From: an uncultured Micavibrio sp.
GTDB taxonomy: Bacteria > Pseudomonadota > Alphaproteobacteria > Micavibrionales > UBA1664
Direction: 5' to 3'
NCBI GenBank assembly: GCA_964350795.1
Contig: CAYGLI010000003.1
Coordinates: forward strand, 272-64,271
DNA length: 64,000 nucleotides
Every line of letters begins with the position of its first letter. Within the stretch, counting starts at the first letter, position 1. The notes below the pieces were generated by a model. It was not told the DNA's origin. It ran no database searches and was given only the letters and a program-made list of their open reading frames with translations. The position numbers and the translations under genes are program-made. Below are positions 1-8,954 of the stretch, piece by piece.

Positions 1-387
1 CAAACCAACAATCATTCCACGCACAACGCCGCCAATGACATACCCTGTTAAAATTTCCCACGGTGCGAATGGGGGCATCAAAACATCAATGATATTCCCC
101 TGCACCTTACCAATCACCAAGGATGATGATGTGTTTGCAAATGCGCTTTGTGCCATCGACATCATAATCAAACCGGGGACAAGAAATTCCATGTACGGCA
201 CACCCGCAATGCCGCGCCCTGTGTTTTCACCAAACGCCAACGTAAAGATGATATAAAATAAAATGGTCGTCACCACAGGCGCAATAATGGTTTGCAAATA
301 AACGTTCAAAAAACGCCCCACTTCCTTTTGCGCCAATGTTTGAATTCCAACCCAGTTTGTGGTCTCTAATGATTTATTATTTTGCAT
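1..387 (-). CDS. ABC-2 type transporter permease (YadH-like), C-terminal part cut by the window edge
   Basis: Absent from the ORF track because it runs off the edge. Hand translation from ATG at 387..385 gives MQNNKSLETTNWVGIQTLAQKEVGRFLNVYLQTIIAPVVTTILFYIIF...YMEFLVPGLIMMSMAQSAFANTSSS, colinear with YadH-type ABC-2 permeases. Confidence 0.8.
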   Translation of the reverse strand, partial: MQNNKSLETTNWVGIQTLAQKEVGRFLNVYLQTIIAPVVTTILFYIIFTLAFGENTGRGIAGVPYMEFLVPGLIMMSMAQSAFANTSSSLVIGKVQGNIIDVLMPPFAPWEILTGYVIGGVVRGMIVGL

Positions 388-416
388 GGTTATTTATGTA
401 GCATGTTTTGTTGAAA

Positions 417-1475
417 TTATAACCCTGTTTTTCTGGGGTCGAATGCGTCGCGTACTGCTTCACCTATGAATGTTAAAAGTGTCAACATAATCGCCAGTGA
501 GAAAAATGCCGCCAGACCCAACCAAGGGGCGTGGAGATTATTTTTCCCCTGCGCCAATAATTCACCCAATGATGGTGATCCGGGGGGTAGGCCGAACCCT
601 AAAAAATCCAAGGATGTTAAAATCGTAATAGACCCCGTTAATATGAACGGCATGAGGGTTAATGTCGCGACCATCGCGTTGGGTAACACATGGCGACGCA
701 TGATTGTGACGTTGGATATTCCCAATGCCTTGGCCGCGCGGACATAGTCAAAATTACGAGCGCGGAAAAATTCGGCACGAACAACATCAATTAATGATGT
801 CCAAGAAAACAAAAGCATAATGCCCAGCAATATCCAAAATGTCGGCGTGACGATTGAGGCCATGATGATGATAATAAACAGGACAGGCAGGCCGCTCCAA
901 ATTTCAATAAACCGTTGAAAAATCAAATCAACCCAACCACCGTAATATCCCTGAATTCCGCCCGCGATAATACCAATGACCGATGAAAAAATGGTCAGGG
1001 CAAGGCCGAATAAAATGGAAATGCGAAATCCATAAATCAACCGCGCCGTAACATCGCGCCCTTGATCGTCGGTTCCTAACCAATTATCAGCGGTCGGTTG
1101 TGAGGGTGCAGGTTCATCCAAATTATAATTAATAGTGTCGTAAGAATAGCGATTAATCGGCCAAATCATCCATCCCTTTTCATTGATCAGGTCGGCAACA
1201 AATTCATCGCGATATTCGGCCTCGGTCTCAAAATCACCACCAAAAATCGTTTCGGGATATTCGGCGATCATCGGAAAATAATGCCCGCCGTCAAAATGAA
1301 TATAAATTGGTTTGTCGTTAGACACCAATTCCGCGCACAACGTAATAATAAACAACACCATAAAAATCCATAGCGACCAATACCCGCGGCGATTGCCCTT
1401 GAATTGTTGAATACGACGTTGCGTGATGGGTGAGCGTTTATTTAATAAAAAAACAGCAGATAAAAAATCTATCAT
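417..1475 (-). CDS. yejE: peptide/microcin C-type ABC transporter permease YejE
   Basis: 352 aa. NRRGYWSLWIF N-terminus, NWLGTD, RAEFFRARNFDYVRAAKALG and LDFLGFGLPPGSPSLGELL are near-colinear with E. coli YejE as I recall it. Confidence 0.88.
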   Translation of the reverse strand: MIDFLSAVFLLNKRSPITQRRIQQFKGNRRGYWSLWIFMVLFIITLCAELVSNDKPIYIHFDGGHYFPMIAEYPETIFGGDFETEAEYRDEFVADLINEKGWMIWPINRYSYDTINYNLDEPAPSQPTADNWLGTDDQGRDVTARLIYGFRISILFGLALTIFSSVIGIIAGGIQGYYGGWVDLIFQRFIEIWSGLPVLFIIIIMASIVTPTFWILLGIMLLFSWTSLIDVVRAEFFRARNFDYVRAAKALGISNVTIMRRHVLPNAMVATLTLMPFILTGSITILTSLDFLGFGLPPGSPSLGELLAQGKNNLHAPWLGLAAFFSLAIMLTLLTFIGEAVRDAFDPRKTGL

Positions 1476-1487
1476 TATTTTTCAATA

Positions 1488-1680
1488 CCCTTTCTTTTTA
1501 ACGCGAAGCTCGCTAAGTTGCGCGAAGTAGACGCGAAGAAAATTGAATAAAAAAACTTCGCGTTTCTTCGTGAACTTCGTGTTAAAAAGAGATAGCCTAT
1601 GGATTGCCGCGGTCGCGATGCTCCCTCGCAATGACGAACTTCCTGCTATCCTGCTATCCTTAAATCCTACCATCCTATCT
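1488..1680. repeat. composite REP/MITE-like intergenic element (fullest copy)
   Basis: CGCGAAG x3 (1502-1538) faces CTTCGYG x3 (1556-1581) as a long imperfect palindrome. It is followed by TGGATTGC (1600), CGCAATGACGA (1627) and CTGCTATC x2 (1643-1658). Partial copies occur at 3431, 28255 and 63597. Confidence 0.7.
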
Positions 1681-2797
1681 ACCCTCGCCCTTCAAAATTA
1701 ATGCGTGGGTCGACCAGAACGTATGTAATGTCGGACACTAATTTCAACACCAACCCCATCAGGGTAAAGATAAAGAGCGTTCCAAACATCACGGGGTAAT
1801 CACGGTTGATTGTGCTTTCAAAGCCTAACAATCCTAAACCATCAAGTGAGAAGATAACCTCAATCAACAGCGCCCCTGTAAAAAAGATGCTCATGAACGC
1901 AGATGGGAAACCCGCAATCACAATCAACATCGCGTTACGAAACACATGTTTATATAATACGGCGCGTTCCTTTAAACCCTTGGCGCGGGCGGTTAAAACA
2001 TATTGTTTGTTAATTTCATCCAGAAATGAATTTTTGGTCAACATGGTTAAACCGGCAAATCCACTCACCACCATCGCGGCAACGGGCAAGACCATATGCC
2101 ACGCATAATCCATCATTTGTTGAATGAGTGTCATGTCCTCAAACCCATCGGATGTCAGACCACGCAGGGGGAAAATATCAAAATACCGTCCACCCGCGAA
2201 TAAAATAATCAATAATATTGCGAATAAAAATGATGGGATGGCGTACCCAATGAAAATCACCCCACTGCTCCAAATATCAAATTTTTCGCCATCCTTCATC
2301 GCCTTTTTAATACCCAGTGGAATAGATATGAGATAAATAATAAGCGTTGACCAAAGCCCCAGAGAAATAGACACGGGCAGTTTTTCAATCACCAAATCAA
2401 TGACGGATACATCCCTGTAATAGCTCTCGCCAAAATCAAACTTCAGATAATTTGTAATCATCAGGAAAAATCGTTCATGCATGGGTTTATCAAACCCGAA
2501 TTGTTTTTCCATTTGCTCAATGAATTCAGGGGGCAACCCTTGTGCCCCACGATATTTTGATGATGCACCCGTGGATGCGCCCAATGATTCACCAACCTGT
2601 TGATTAAGGTTACCAACCTCTGCGCCTGTTGAACCGCTGATACGTGCCGTGGCGTCGCTGCCCAATCCTTGTGCCTTGGCAATCATTTGCTCAACAGGTC
2701 CACCGGGCGCGGCCTGAACAATTAGAAAATTAATCAAAATAATCCCAAACAATGTTGGGATCATAAGCAATAATCGACGAAGGATATAGGAAGCCAT
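1679..2797 (-). CDS. yejB: peptide/microcin C-type ABC transporter permease YejB
   Basis: 372 aa. [44 protein letters not shown] and DPRINFEGR closely parallel E. coli YejB. Confidence 0.88.
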   Translation of the reverse strand: MASYILRRLLLMIPTLFGIILINFLIVQAAPGGPVEQMIAKAQGLGSDATARISGSTGAEVGNLNQQVGESLGASTGASSKYRGAQGLPPEFIEQMEKQFGFDKPMHERFFLMITNYLKFDFGESYYRDVSVIDLVIEKLPVSISLGLWSTLIIYLISIPLGIKKAMKDGEKFDIWSSGVIFIGYAIPSFLFAILLIILFAGGRYFDIFPLRGLTSDGFEDMTLIQQMMDYAWHMVLPVAAMVVSGFAGLTMLTKNSFLDEINKQYVLTARAKGLKERAVLYKHVFRNAMLIVIAGFPSAFMSIFFTGALLIEVIFSLDGLGLLGFESTINRDYPVMFGTLFIFTLMGLVLKLVSDITYVLVDPRINFEGRG

Positions 2798-2811
2798 AAA
2801 AAAACTATATC

Positions 2812-3417
2812 CTATTCAGGGCGCTTGTTCCAAAACAAACATGTCCATTGTTCACCGTCATGTTCAAACAAAGACATGGATGCGGTTTTGACCTTTGGAT
2901 TATCAATAGGTGATGAAAGCAAGATAGGCGCAAAGCGGATAATGCCTCCGCTGCTTACAACACATGTCGTTTGCCCATCACGCGCTTGAATGCAATTATT
3001 GGCAAAATCAATCCATGATTGTTGCACCGCGCGGGGATCAACATCCCACCCATCGGGCACGACATTATAATCATCCCAATCTTCCAGAGATTTTTTACCA
3101 ATACGCGCAATAATGTCAGCCTCGGTTTTATTTTCATCCGCGCCATGATCGATTTCGTTGAATGTTTTGTCGGTTTGAATTTCAATATTTAAACCCGCGT
3201 CACGCGTCATAATTTGCGCGGTTTGTTGCGCGCGTTGTAATTCAGAGGCATATATTGAATCGGGAATAAGCCCCTCGCGTTTGATATACGCGCCAAGCGC
3301 ACGCGCCTGTGTCACGCCTGATTGCACCAACGGAATATCGGTTCGACATCCAACACGACGCGGTGTTTCATCGGGGTTGAACGTATTTCCATGACGGATG
3401 ATGAGGAGTTTTGTCAT
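2812..3417 (-). CDS. histidine phosphatase family protein (phosphoglycerate-mutase-like)
   Basis: 201 aa. Has the N-terminal RHG motif (LLIIRHGNT) and a downstream [10 protein letters not shown] segment typical of the family. Confidence 0.75.
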   Translation of the reverse strand: MTKLLIIRHGNTFNPDETPRRVGCRTDIPLVQSGVTQARALGAYIKREGLIPDSIYASELQRAQQTAQIMTRDAGLNIEIQTDKTFNEIDHGADENKTEADIIARIGKKSLEDWDDYNVVPDGWDVDPRAVQQSWIDFANNCIQARDGQTTCVVSSGGIIRFAPILLSSPIDNPKVKTASMSLFEHDGEQWTCLFWNKRPE

Positions 3418-3430
3418 GTTTTATTTTTAC

Positions 3431-3454
3431 CACGAAGTCACGAAGTCACGAAGG
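3431..3454. repeat. CACGAAGT tandem triplet (short copy of the CGNGAAG repeat family)
   Basis: The sequence cacgaagtcacgaagtcacgaagg lies directly upstream of the phosphatase start codon. Confidence 0.6.
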
Positions 3455-3501
3455 TAAAATAAAAATTGACATAGGTTAATGCTTTAGAATAAATTAAGCT
3501 A

Positions 3502-3756
3502 ATGAAAGATATAAATGGTGAAGAAATCCATAGAGGCAGTGTTATTAGCATCACAGGTGTTTTTGCCGGTGTTGCAGTTAATGAAGCTGGACAACCAATT
3601 TCACCAATGAATTATAAAAAAACTCGATTTACTGGTACTGAAAGTCTGAAAGTCACAGGCACAAGAGATGGTGAAACATGCATTTTCATTCATGAAGGTT
3701 ATTCGTATGAAGCAGATCCTTTAAACAATCCTAAAATCACCATACTTGTTCACTAA
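3502..3756 (+). CDS. hypothetical small protein (84 aa)
   Basis: This is the only ORF in a 330-bp gap between two minus-strand genes. It has no obvious SD and no recognised motif, and its stop overlaps the kdsB stop by 4 nt. Confidence 0.3.
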   Translation: MKDINGEEIHRGSVISITGVFAGVAVNEAGQPISPMNYKKTRFTGTESLKVTGTRDGETCIFIHEGYSYEADPLNNPKITILVH

Positions 3757-4550
3757 CATCGACTCCTCAATAAACTTTCCGCTCTTGGGATATCTTCTGG
3801 GGAATCGACGCCACTGTGAATAACTTCGTTGGCGTCCACTTCAACACATTGAATGGGGATATCATTTTCAAGAAAGCGGAGTTGCTCCAACCCCTCTAAT
3901 TCTTCGTATTTTCCCTCGGGCAAATTCACGAATTTTTTGAGGATATCAAGACGATACCCATAGAGACCCAGATGTTGATAAACAGGGGATAGCGCACCAC
4001 CATGACGATATTTATCTTCCTTCCGCATCGCAGGCAAAATAGTTTTTGAAAACCACATCGCCTTGTTATTTTTATTGAGCACGGCCGTTGTGCCCGTGAA
4101 AGGCGTTGTTTGTTTGTTACGACGTAATTTATCCAGCGCATCCCAAGGCAATTGTTGGACGGGTGTAACGACCTGAGCATCAGGATTAGCCGAAAATTCA
4201 CGGATAACTTTTTTAAGTGCCGATACGGGTGTGAGGGGCGCATCCCCTTGCAAATTAATCACAATATCAGGTTCATTCGACAATTTTATTGCCGCCTCTA
4301 ACACACGATCAGACCCCGTTTTGCATGTATCGGATGTCATCAACACATCACGCCCCTGTGATTCACAATGGGTTTTGATGCGCTCATCATCGGTGGCCAC
4401 AATCACGGCGATATCCTTATACCCCTTTGCTGCCTCAATCGCCACATCGATTGTGTGGTCAATCATCGCCTTCCCATTAATCAACGCAAGCGGTTTACCC
4501 TCGAACCGAGTTGATCCATAACGCGCAGGGATGATAATTGCGATTTTCAT
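3753..4550 (-). CDS. kdsB: 3-deoxy-manno-octulosonate cytidylyltransferase (CMP-KDO synthetase)
   Basis: MKIAIIIPARYGSTRFEGKPLALINGKAMI and the NLQGDAPL motif. The start is placed at the second ATG (4550); the track ORF extends to 4583. Confidence 0.9.
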   Translation of the reverse strand: MKIAIIIPARYGSTRFEGKPLALINGKAMIDHTIDVAIEAAKGYKDIAVIVATDDERIKTHCESQGRDVLMTSDTCKTGSDRVLEAAIKLSNEPDIVINLQGDAPLTPVSALKKVIREFSANPDAQVVTPVQQLPWDALDKLRRNKQTTPFTGTTAVLNKNNKAMWFSKTILPAMRKEDKYRHGGALSPVYQHLGLYGYRLDILKKFVNLPEGKYEELEGLEQLRFLENDIPIQCVEVDANEVIHSGVDSPEDIPRAESLLRSRC

Positions 4551-4557
4551 GATGGAA

Positions 4558-4710
4558 TTACAGTTCCCATCTTTTTCCACCAACAGGAATATTTAATGTC
4601 TCAAGCCATTGGTCTTGTCTTTGACGCTCAACATTTAACGGTATTTCTTCTTTTTCTTGTGGTTGGCGATTTAAACCAAACATCGAAAATATTTGTTTTA
4701 GCTTTATCAT
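4558..4710 (-). CDS. possible 50-aa ORF translationally coupled to yejA
   Basis: Hand-read as MIKLKQIFSMFGLNRQPQEKEEIPLNVERQRQDQWLETLNIPVGGKRWEL. Its ATG overlaps the yejA TGA (ATGA at 4710-4707), and its stop lies 8 nt before the kdsB ATG. It is below the track length cut-off. Confidence 0.2.
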   Translation of the reverse strand: MIKLKQIFSMFGLNRQPQEKEEIPLNVERQRQDQWLETLNIPVGGKRWEL

Positions 4711-6482
4711 CACTCTGTCTCCTTCACCCACCATGTATCCATCGCACCTAAATCATAAGGTGCCTGAACATCTGGTTTACCAAATTTATCCCAATGCGCC
4801 ACGCGCCATGAATTAATGTGCCATTGCGGAATGGCGTGATATCCCCACAATAAAACACGATCAAGCGCACGGGTGCGGTGCACCAATTCCTCACGGGTTG
4901 GGGCGTTAATCACCTGCATCACCAACGCATCAACGACAGGATTTTTAATCCCCATATGATTGCGCGATCCGGGCATATCGGCCTTGGATGAATGCCAATA
5001 TTCTAATTGTTCATTACCGGGTGACAATGATTGCCCTGCACCACCAACCGTCATATCAAAATCAAAATTGGTCATGCGATCAACAAATTGCGGTGTGTCG
5101 ACAACGCGGAAATTGGCCTCAACCCCCATGCGTTTGAGGTTGCGGATAAAGGGGAGCACCCATCGTTCGAACTCCGCCTGACGATGCATAATTTCAAATG
5201 ACAATCGCTGTCCTGTTTTTTCATGCACACGTATTTTATCGTCGCCTAATTTATAGCCTGCATCCTCTAAAATCTGCATCCCCATGCGCAATTGGTCACG
5301 GTTATTTCCTGAGCCATCCGTCACAGGGTTTGTATAGGGTGTTGTGAATAATTCAGATGGCAATTGATCACGAAATTCGCTCAATATTTCCAATTCACGC
5401 CCCATTGGAATACCGCTGGATGCCAATTCGGAATTTTCAAAATAACTGTCGGTGCGTGTATAGGCATCAAAGGCGAATTTTTTGTTTGACCATTCATAAT
5501 CGAACGCCAATTGCAGGGCGCGTCGAACATCCCTGTCCGCAAAAACACCACGGCGGTTATTCATGATAAAGGCCTGCATGCCCGCTGGTTTCTGGTGACG
5601 AATAACCTCCTTAACAATACGTCCTGAATTGACGATATCGTTGTTGTATCCTGTGGCCCATGTTTTGGCGATATATTCCTCGCGGATATCATATTCATTG
5701 GCGAATAATGCCTCTAACGCAACCGTTGCATCACGGTAATATTGAATGGATATTGTATCAAAATTATAACGTCCCTTATTGACGGGTAAATCCGCCGCCC
5801 ACCAATTTTTGACGCGTTCATATGTAATGGATTTCCCATTATCAATTTTTGAAATTTTATATGGCCCTGACCCTAATGGCGGCTCAAACGTTGTTTTATC
5901 AAATTCGCGCGTTTCCCAATAATGTTTGGGTAAAATCGTCATTGCCGCGGCAATTAAGGGAAGCTCTTTATTCTCCGCCGTTTTAAAATTAAATATCACG
6001 GTTTTTCCACCGCCTGTAACATTTTCAATATCGGCGTAATAGGCCTTGTAAAATGGTGCGCCCTTTTCCATTAAAATATTAAATGTCCAAATCACATCAT
6101 CGGCCGTGATGGGTTGCCCGTCATGCCAAACGGCGTTGTCATGAATTTCAAATGTTGTTGATAATTTATCATCCGCAACGGTAATTGATTTTGCAATATC
6201 GCCATATTTTGAAAAGGCCTCATCCGCGCTTGAACTCATCAATGATTGATAAATCAAACCCAATCCGCTGGCGGGTACACCCTTGGTTATAAATCCATTC
6301 AGGGAATCAAATGTGCCGATGGTCGCATCAACATATGCCCCACCCTTTGGCGCGTCCGCGTTTACATACTCAAAATGGGTAAACCCATCCGCATATTTGG
6401 GCGCGCCATGCATGGCAATGCCATAGGATTGCGCATTGAGTGTGAGAGGGAATAACAAAAATAATAAAAATAAATATCGCAT
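4710..6482 (-). CDS. yejA: ABC transporter periplasmic substrate-binding protein (family 5, YejA-like)
   Basis: 590 aa with a signal peptide (MRYLFLLFLLFPLTLNAQS). Length and sequence are typical of the YejA/OppA-type SBP_bac_5 family. Confidence 0.8.
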   Translation of the reverse strand: MRYLFLLFLLFPLTLNAQSYGIAMHGAPKYADGFTHFEYVNADAPKGGAYVDATIGTFDSLNGFITKGVPASGLGLIYQSLMSSSADEAFSKYGDIAKSITVADDKLSTTFEIHDNAVWHDGQPITADDVIWTFNILMEKGAPFYKAYYADIENVTGGGKTVIFNFKTAENKELPLIAAAMTILPKHYWETREFDKTTFEPPLGSGPYKISKIDNGKSITYERVKNWWAADLPVNKGRYNFDTISIQYYRDATVALEALFANEYDIREEYIAKTWATGYNNDIVNSGRIVKEVIRHQKPAGMQAFIMNNRRGVFADRDVRRALQLAFDYEWSNKKFAFDAYTRTDSYFENSELASSGIPMGRELEILSEFRDQLPSELFTTPYTNPVTDGSGNNRDQLRMGMQILEDAGYKLGDDKIRVHEKTGQRLSFEIMHRQAEFERWVLPFIRNLKRMGVEANFRVVDTPQFVDRMTNFDFDMTVGGAGQSLSPGNEQLEYWHSSKADMPGSRNHMGIKNPVVDALVMQVINAPTREELVHRTRALDRVLLWGYHAIPQWHINSWRVAHWDKFGKPDVQAPYDLGAMDTWWVKETE

Positions 6483-6616
6483 GGTTATTTATACCGCCAA
6501 GATGACAAACCGCCAAGGGTTTTGTCTTTCTTACCTGTTTCTTAATTATTCCTTGCAATACTGTATGTTTAACGGTATTTATACCGCTGAAACACTTAGA
6601 TATATAAGAAGGGAGT

Positions 6617-6832
6617 GTGAGAACAATCGTACAGGTTAATGTGCATGACAATAATGTCGAACAAGCATTACGCGTTTTGAAAAAGAAAATGCAACGGGAA
6701 GGACTTTTCCGTGAAATGAAAGAACGTCGCCATTTTGAAAATAATGGAGAGAAGAAAAAACGCCTAAAGGCCGAAGCGGTTCGTCGCGCGCGCAAAGACG
6801 AGCGTAAGCGTCGCGAAAAACAAGGATTTTAA
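6617..6832 (+). CDS. rpsU: 30S ribosomal protein S21
   Basis: [40 protein letters not shown] start preceded by AAGAAGGGAG. Confidence 0.92.
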   Translation: MRTIVQVNVHDNNVEQALRVLKKKMQREGLFREMKERRHFENNGEKKKRLKAEAVRRARKDERKRREKQGF

Positions 6833-6870
6833 TTGATCCGTTTTTTGAAACACTTCTAAATCAAGATTTT

Positions 6871-6899
6871 AAAACCCCGTGATTTTCATGGGGTTTTTT
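6871..6899 (+). terminator. rho-independent terminator of rpsU
   Basis: Stem CCCCGTG / CATGGGG with a 5-nt loop, followed by TTTTTT. Confidence 0.75.
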
Positions 6900-6935
6900 G
6901 TTGAATACTCTTTATAAATATGTTAATAATAAATA

Positions 6936-7559
6936 ATGAACGTGGTTGAAATCATTACTGATGGAAGTTATGCCTACAAAAATATTGGGGTTGGCTGTAT
7001 TCGTATTAAAGAAAAAAATGATAATGGTGAATACAATTTTGTTGTTACATCCGGTGCCTTTAGGGCGCCAAAGATATCTTCATATGGGTCTCAAGCCGCC
7101 GAAGCTATGGCCGTTATCGTTGCGCTTAATGAACTTCAAAAGATTTCTTACACCGATAAAGTCATTATTTATTGCGATCTTGAACCTCTTTCTCAATATA
7201 TAAATGGGTATAGGAATAGAGTTGATCCATCCATAAAAAAGATCTTTGATGAATTGGATGAATGCTTATTACGTCACACTTCAGTTACATCCATGCACCC
7301 AAAGCATGCTACGCATTTACCAAATTATTTGCACGCAATTGCTCATAACGCCTCCGCAACAGAATCAGGTTCAAGAAAAAGAGAATCTACTGGTGAATTT
7401 TATATCGGCAAATATGCTCATCGTCCTAACCTAAATCCAAAATTAAAAGCAGGCAGAGCAGCAGTTGGACAACAATTTAATGGAATGGCAATTCTTGGTG
7501 AAGATAGAGCTATAAACTATCCAATGCACGATCCACGACACCCCAAATTAAAATTTTAA
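6936..7559 (+). CDS. RNase H-like (RVT_3 / archaeal-type RNase HI-like) domain protein with C-terminal extension
   Basis: 207 aa. IITDGSY ... SQAAEAMAVIVAL ... VIIYCDLEPL follows the D-E-D spacing of RNase H folds. The last acidic residue of the N..AD.LA motif is not evident (NYLHAIAH). Confidence 0.5.
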   Translation: MNVVEIITDGSYAYKNIGVGCIRIKEKNDNGEYNFVVTSGAFRAPKISSYGSQAAEAMAVIVALNELQKISYTDKVIIYCDLEPLSQYINGYRNRVDPSIKKIFDELDECLLRHTSVTSMHPKHATHLPNYLHAIAHNASATESGSRKRESTGEFYIGKYAHRPNLNPKLKAGRAAVGQQFNGMAILGEDRAINYPMHDPRHPKLKF

Positions 7560-8107
7560 AACCCACTATCGGGTTGCGCTAAATATTCTTCTTCTAATTT
7601 TGTGTTTTGACGTTCCAAAATATCGTTACGGTGGGGAAAGCGACCGAATTTTTTAATCACATCATAGTGACGCTTGGCATAGGTATAATATGTCGGATCA
7701 TCATCCTGTGTTGGTTTGAATAACCGCAGGGATGTTTCTTGGTCGGCCATATCCTCGCTATGTTCAAATGGTAAATAGGCAAAAACCTTTTCATTCAGCG
7801 TCATCATTGTATCGAATTTTTTATCAATAACATGATTGGCGATATTCAATGCCTTATGGTCGCTGGCGAACATTTTTGGCGTATCGCGATACATATTGCG
7901 TGGAAATTGGTCGAGCAAGATAATAAGTGCCAAGCACCCTTTTGCGCTATCGATCCACCCATCGTAAATATCTTGCATCGCAAGGGTGTAATCCCCCTCA
8001 AAACGGGCGGCGATTTCATTATCAAAATCAGGATTTTTTTGAAACCACTGGGCGGGTTTTGTTTCCTCGAACCAGAATTTTAGAATTTCGGATTTGGCGT
8101 CTCTCAT
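7556..8107 (-). CDS. DUF924 family protein
   Basis: ILKFWFEE...WFQKNPDFDNEIAARF...LDQFPRNMYR is the DUF924 signature. The start is placed at the internal ATG 8107 to avoid overlapping cheR; the track ORF extends to 8155. Confidence 0.75.
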   Translation of the reverse strand: MRDAKSEILKFWFEETKPAQWFQKNPDFDNEIAARFEGDYTLAMQDIYDGWIDSAKGCLALIILLDQFPRNMYRDTPKMFASDHKALNIANHVIDKKFDTMMTLNEKVFAYLPFEHSEDMADQETSLRLFKPTQDDDPTYYTYAKRHYDVIKKFGRFPHRNDILERQNTKLEEEYLAQPDSGF

Positions 8108-8111
8108 ACCC

Positions 8112-8939
8112 TTAAGAGTATATTGAGTCGTGAGGGATATAAAGCCCTCTTTCACCTGGCATTGGTTTAAATTTATCGGTTATCCCAACAACCGTTTCGG
8201 CACCGCCCAAAAATAAAAATCCATGCCTGGCGCAATGACCATATAATTCGGCCAAAACCTTGCCTTTGGTTTGAGCATCAAAATAAATCAAAACATTGCG
8301 GCAATAAATAATATCCAACATGCCGTATTTACCCATAGGGTTCAGCAGATTAAATTTTTCAAATCGCACCATGTTTTTAATATCATCATTTAAAAACCAA
8401 TCTGATCCCTTTTGTGTGAAATATTTCACCAACATTGTGATTGGCATTCCGCGTTGCACCTCGAATTGTGAGTATTTCGCGTTTCGTGCAATTGTTAGAA
8501 TATCCTCTGATAAATCTGTCGCGATAATTTCAAATTTATAGGCACCAAATTTTGCCTGATTTTCCTTTAACAACATTGCCAATGAATACGGCTCTTGCCC
8601 GCTGGAACATGCCGCGCACCAAATACGTATTGTCGATCCCGCCGGTTTTGTTTGCATGATTTTAGGGAGGACAACATCCGTGAACCGCTCAAACGGGTGA
8701 TTATCACGAAAGAAAAAAGTTTCATTCGTGGTCATTGATTCAACCACGTCGTGCTTAACCCCGGCATCGCCTGATTTCATTTTGGATACGACATCGGCAA
8801 TTCCCCCCAAATCAAGTTTTTTGATAACGGGTGACAAACGAGATTCCAATAAATATGCCTTTTCAATCGTAATAGATAAACCAGATTCCTTATATAAAAA
8901 ATCTTTCAGGTAATCAAAATCCGTTTGTGCGATTGTCAT
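8112..8939 (-). CDS. cheR: chemotaxis protein methyltransferase CheR
   Basis: 275 aa. TTNETFFFRD and IWCAACSSGQEPYSLAML motifs. Confidence 0.9.
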   Translation of the reverse strand: MTIAQTDFDYLKDFLYKESGLSITIEKAYLLESRLSPVIKKLDLGGIADVVSKMKSGDAGVKHDVVESMTTNETFFFRDNHPFERFTDVVLPKIMQTKPAGSTIRIWCAACSSGQEPYSLAMLLKENQAKFGAYKFEIIATDLSEDILTIARNAKYSQFEVQRGMPITMLVKYFTQKGSDWFLNDDIKNMVRFEKFNLLNPMGKYGMLDIIYCRNVLIYFDAQTKGKVLAELYGHCARHGFLFLGGAETVVGITDKFKPMPGERGLYIPHDSIYS

Positions 8940-8954
8940 GTTTTTTCTTTTTCT

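Noticed and set aside
35-256. 73-aa plus-strand ORF at the window start.
   Set aside because: It is antisense to the hand-translated YadH-like ABC-2 permease, which matches a known family over the whole region.
1482-1673. 63-aa ORF in the yejB-yejE spacer.
   Set aside because: It coincides with the palindromic repeat element. The peptide (…SSLRGSIATAAIHRLS…) is the kind of repeat-derived pseudo-protein seen for such elements, and it has no SD.
4551-4583. Extended kdsB start (MVEKDGNCNSI...) given by the ORF track.
   Set aside because: KdsB proteins begin at the MKIAIIIPAR motif. The upstream 11 codons overlap the putative small ORF and lack family similarity.
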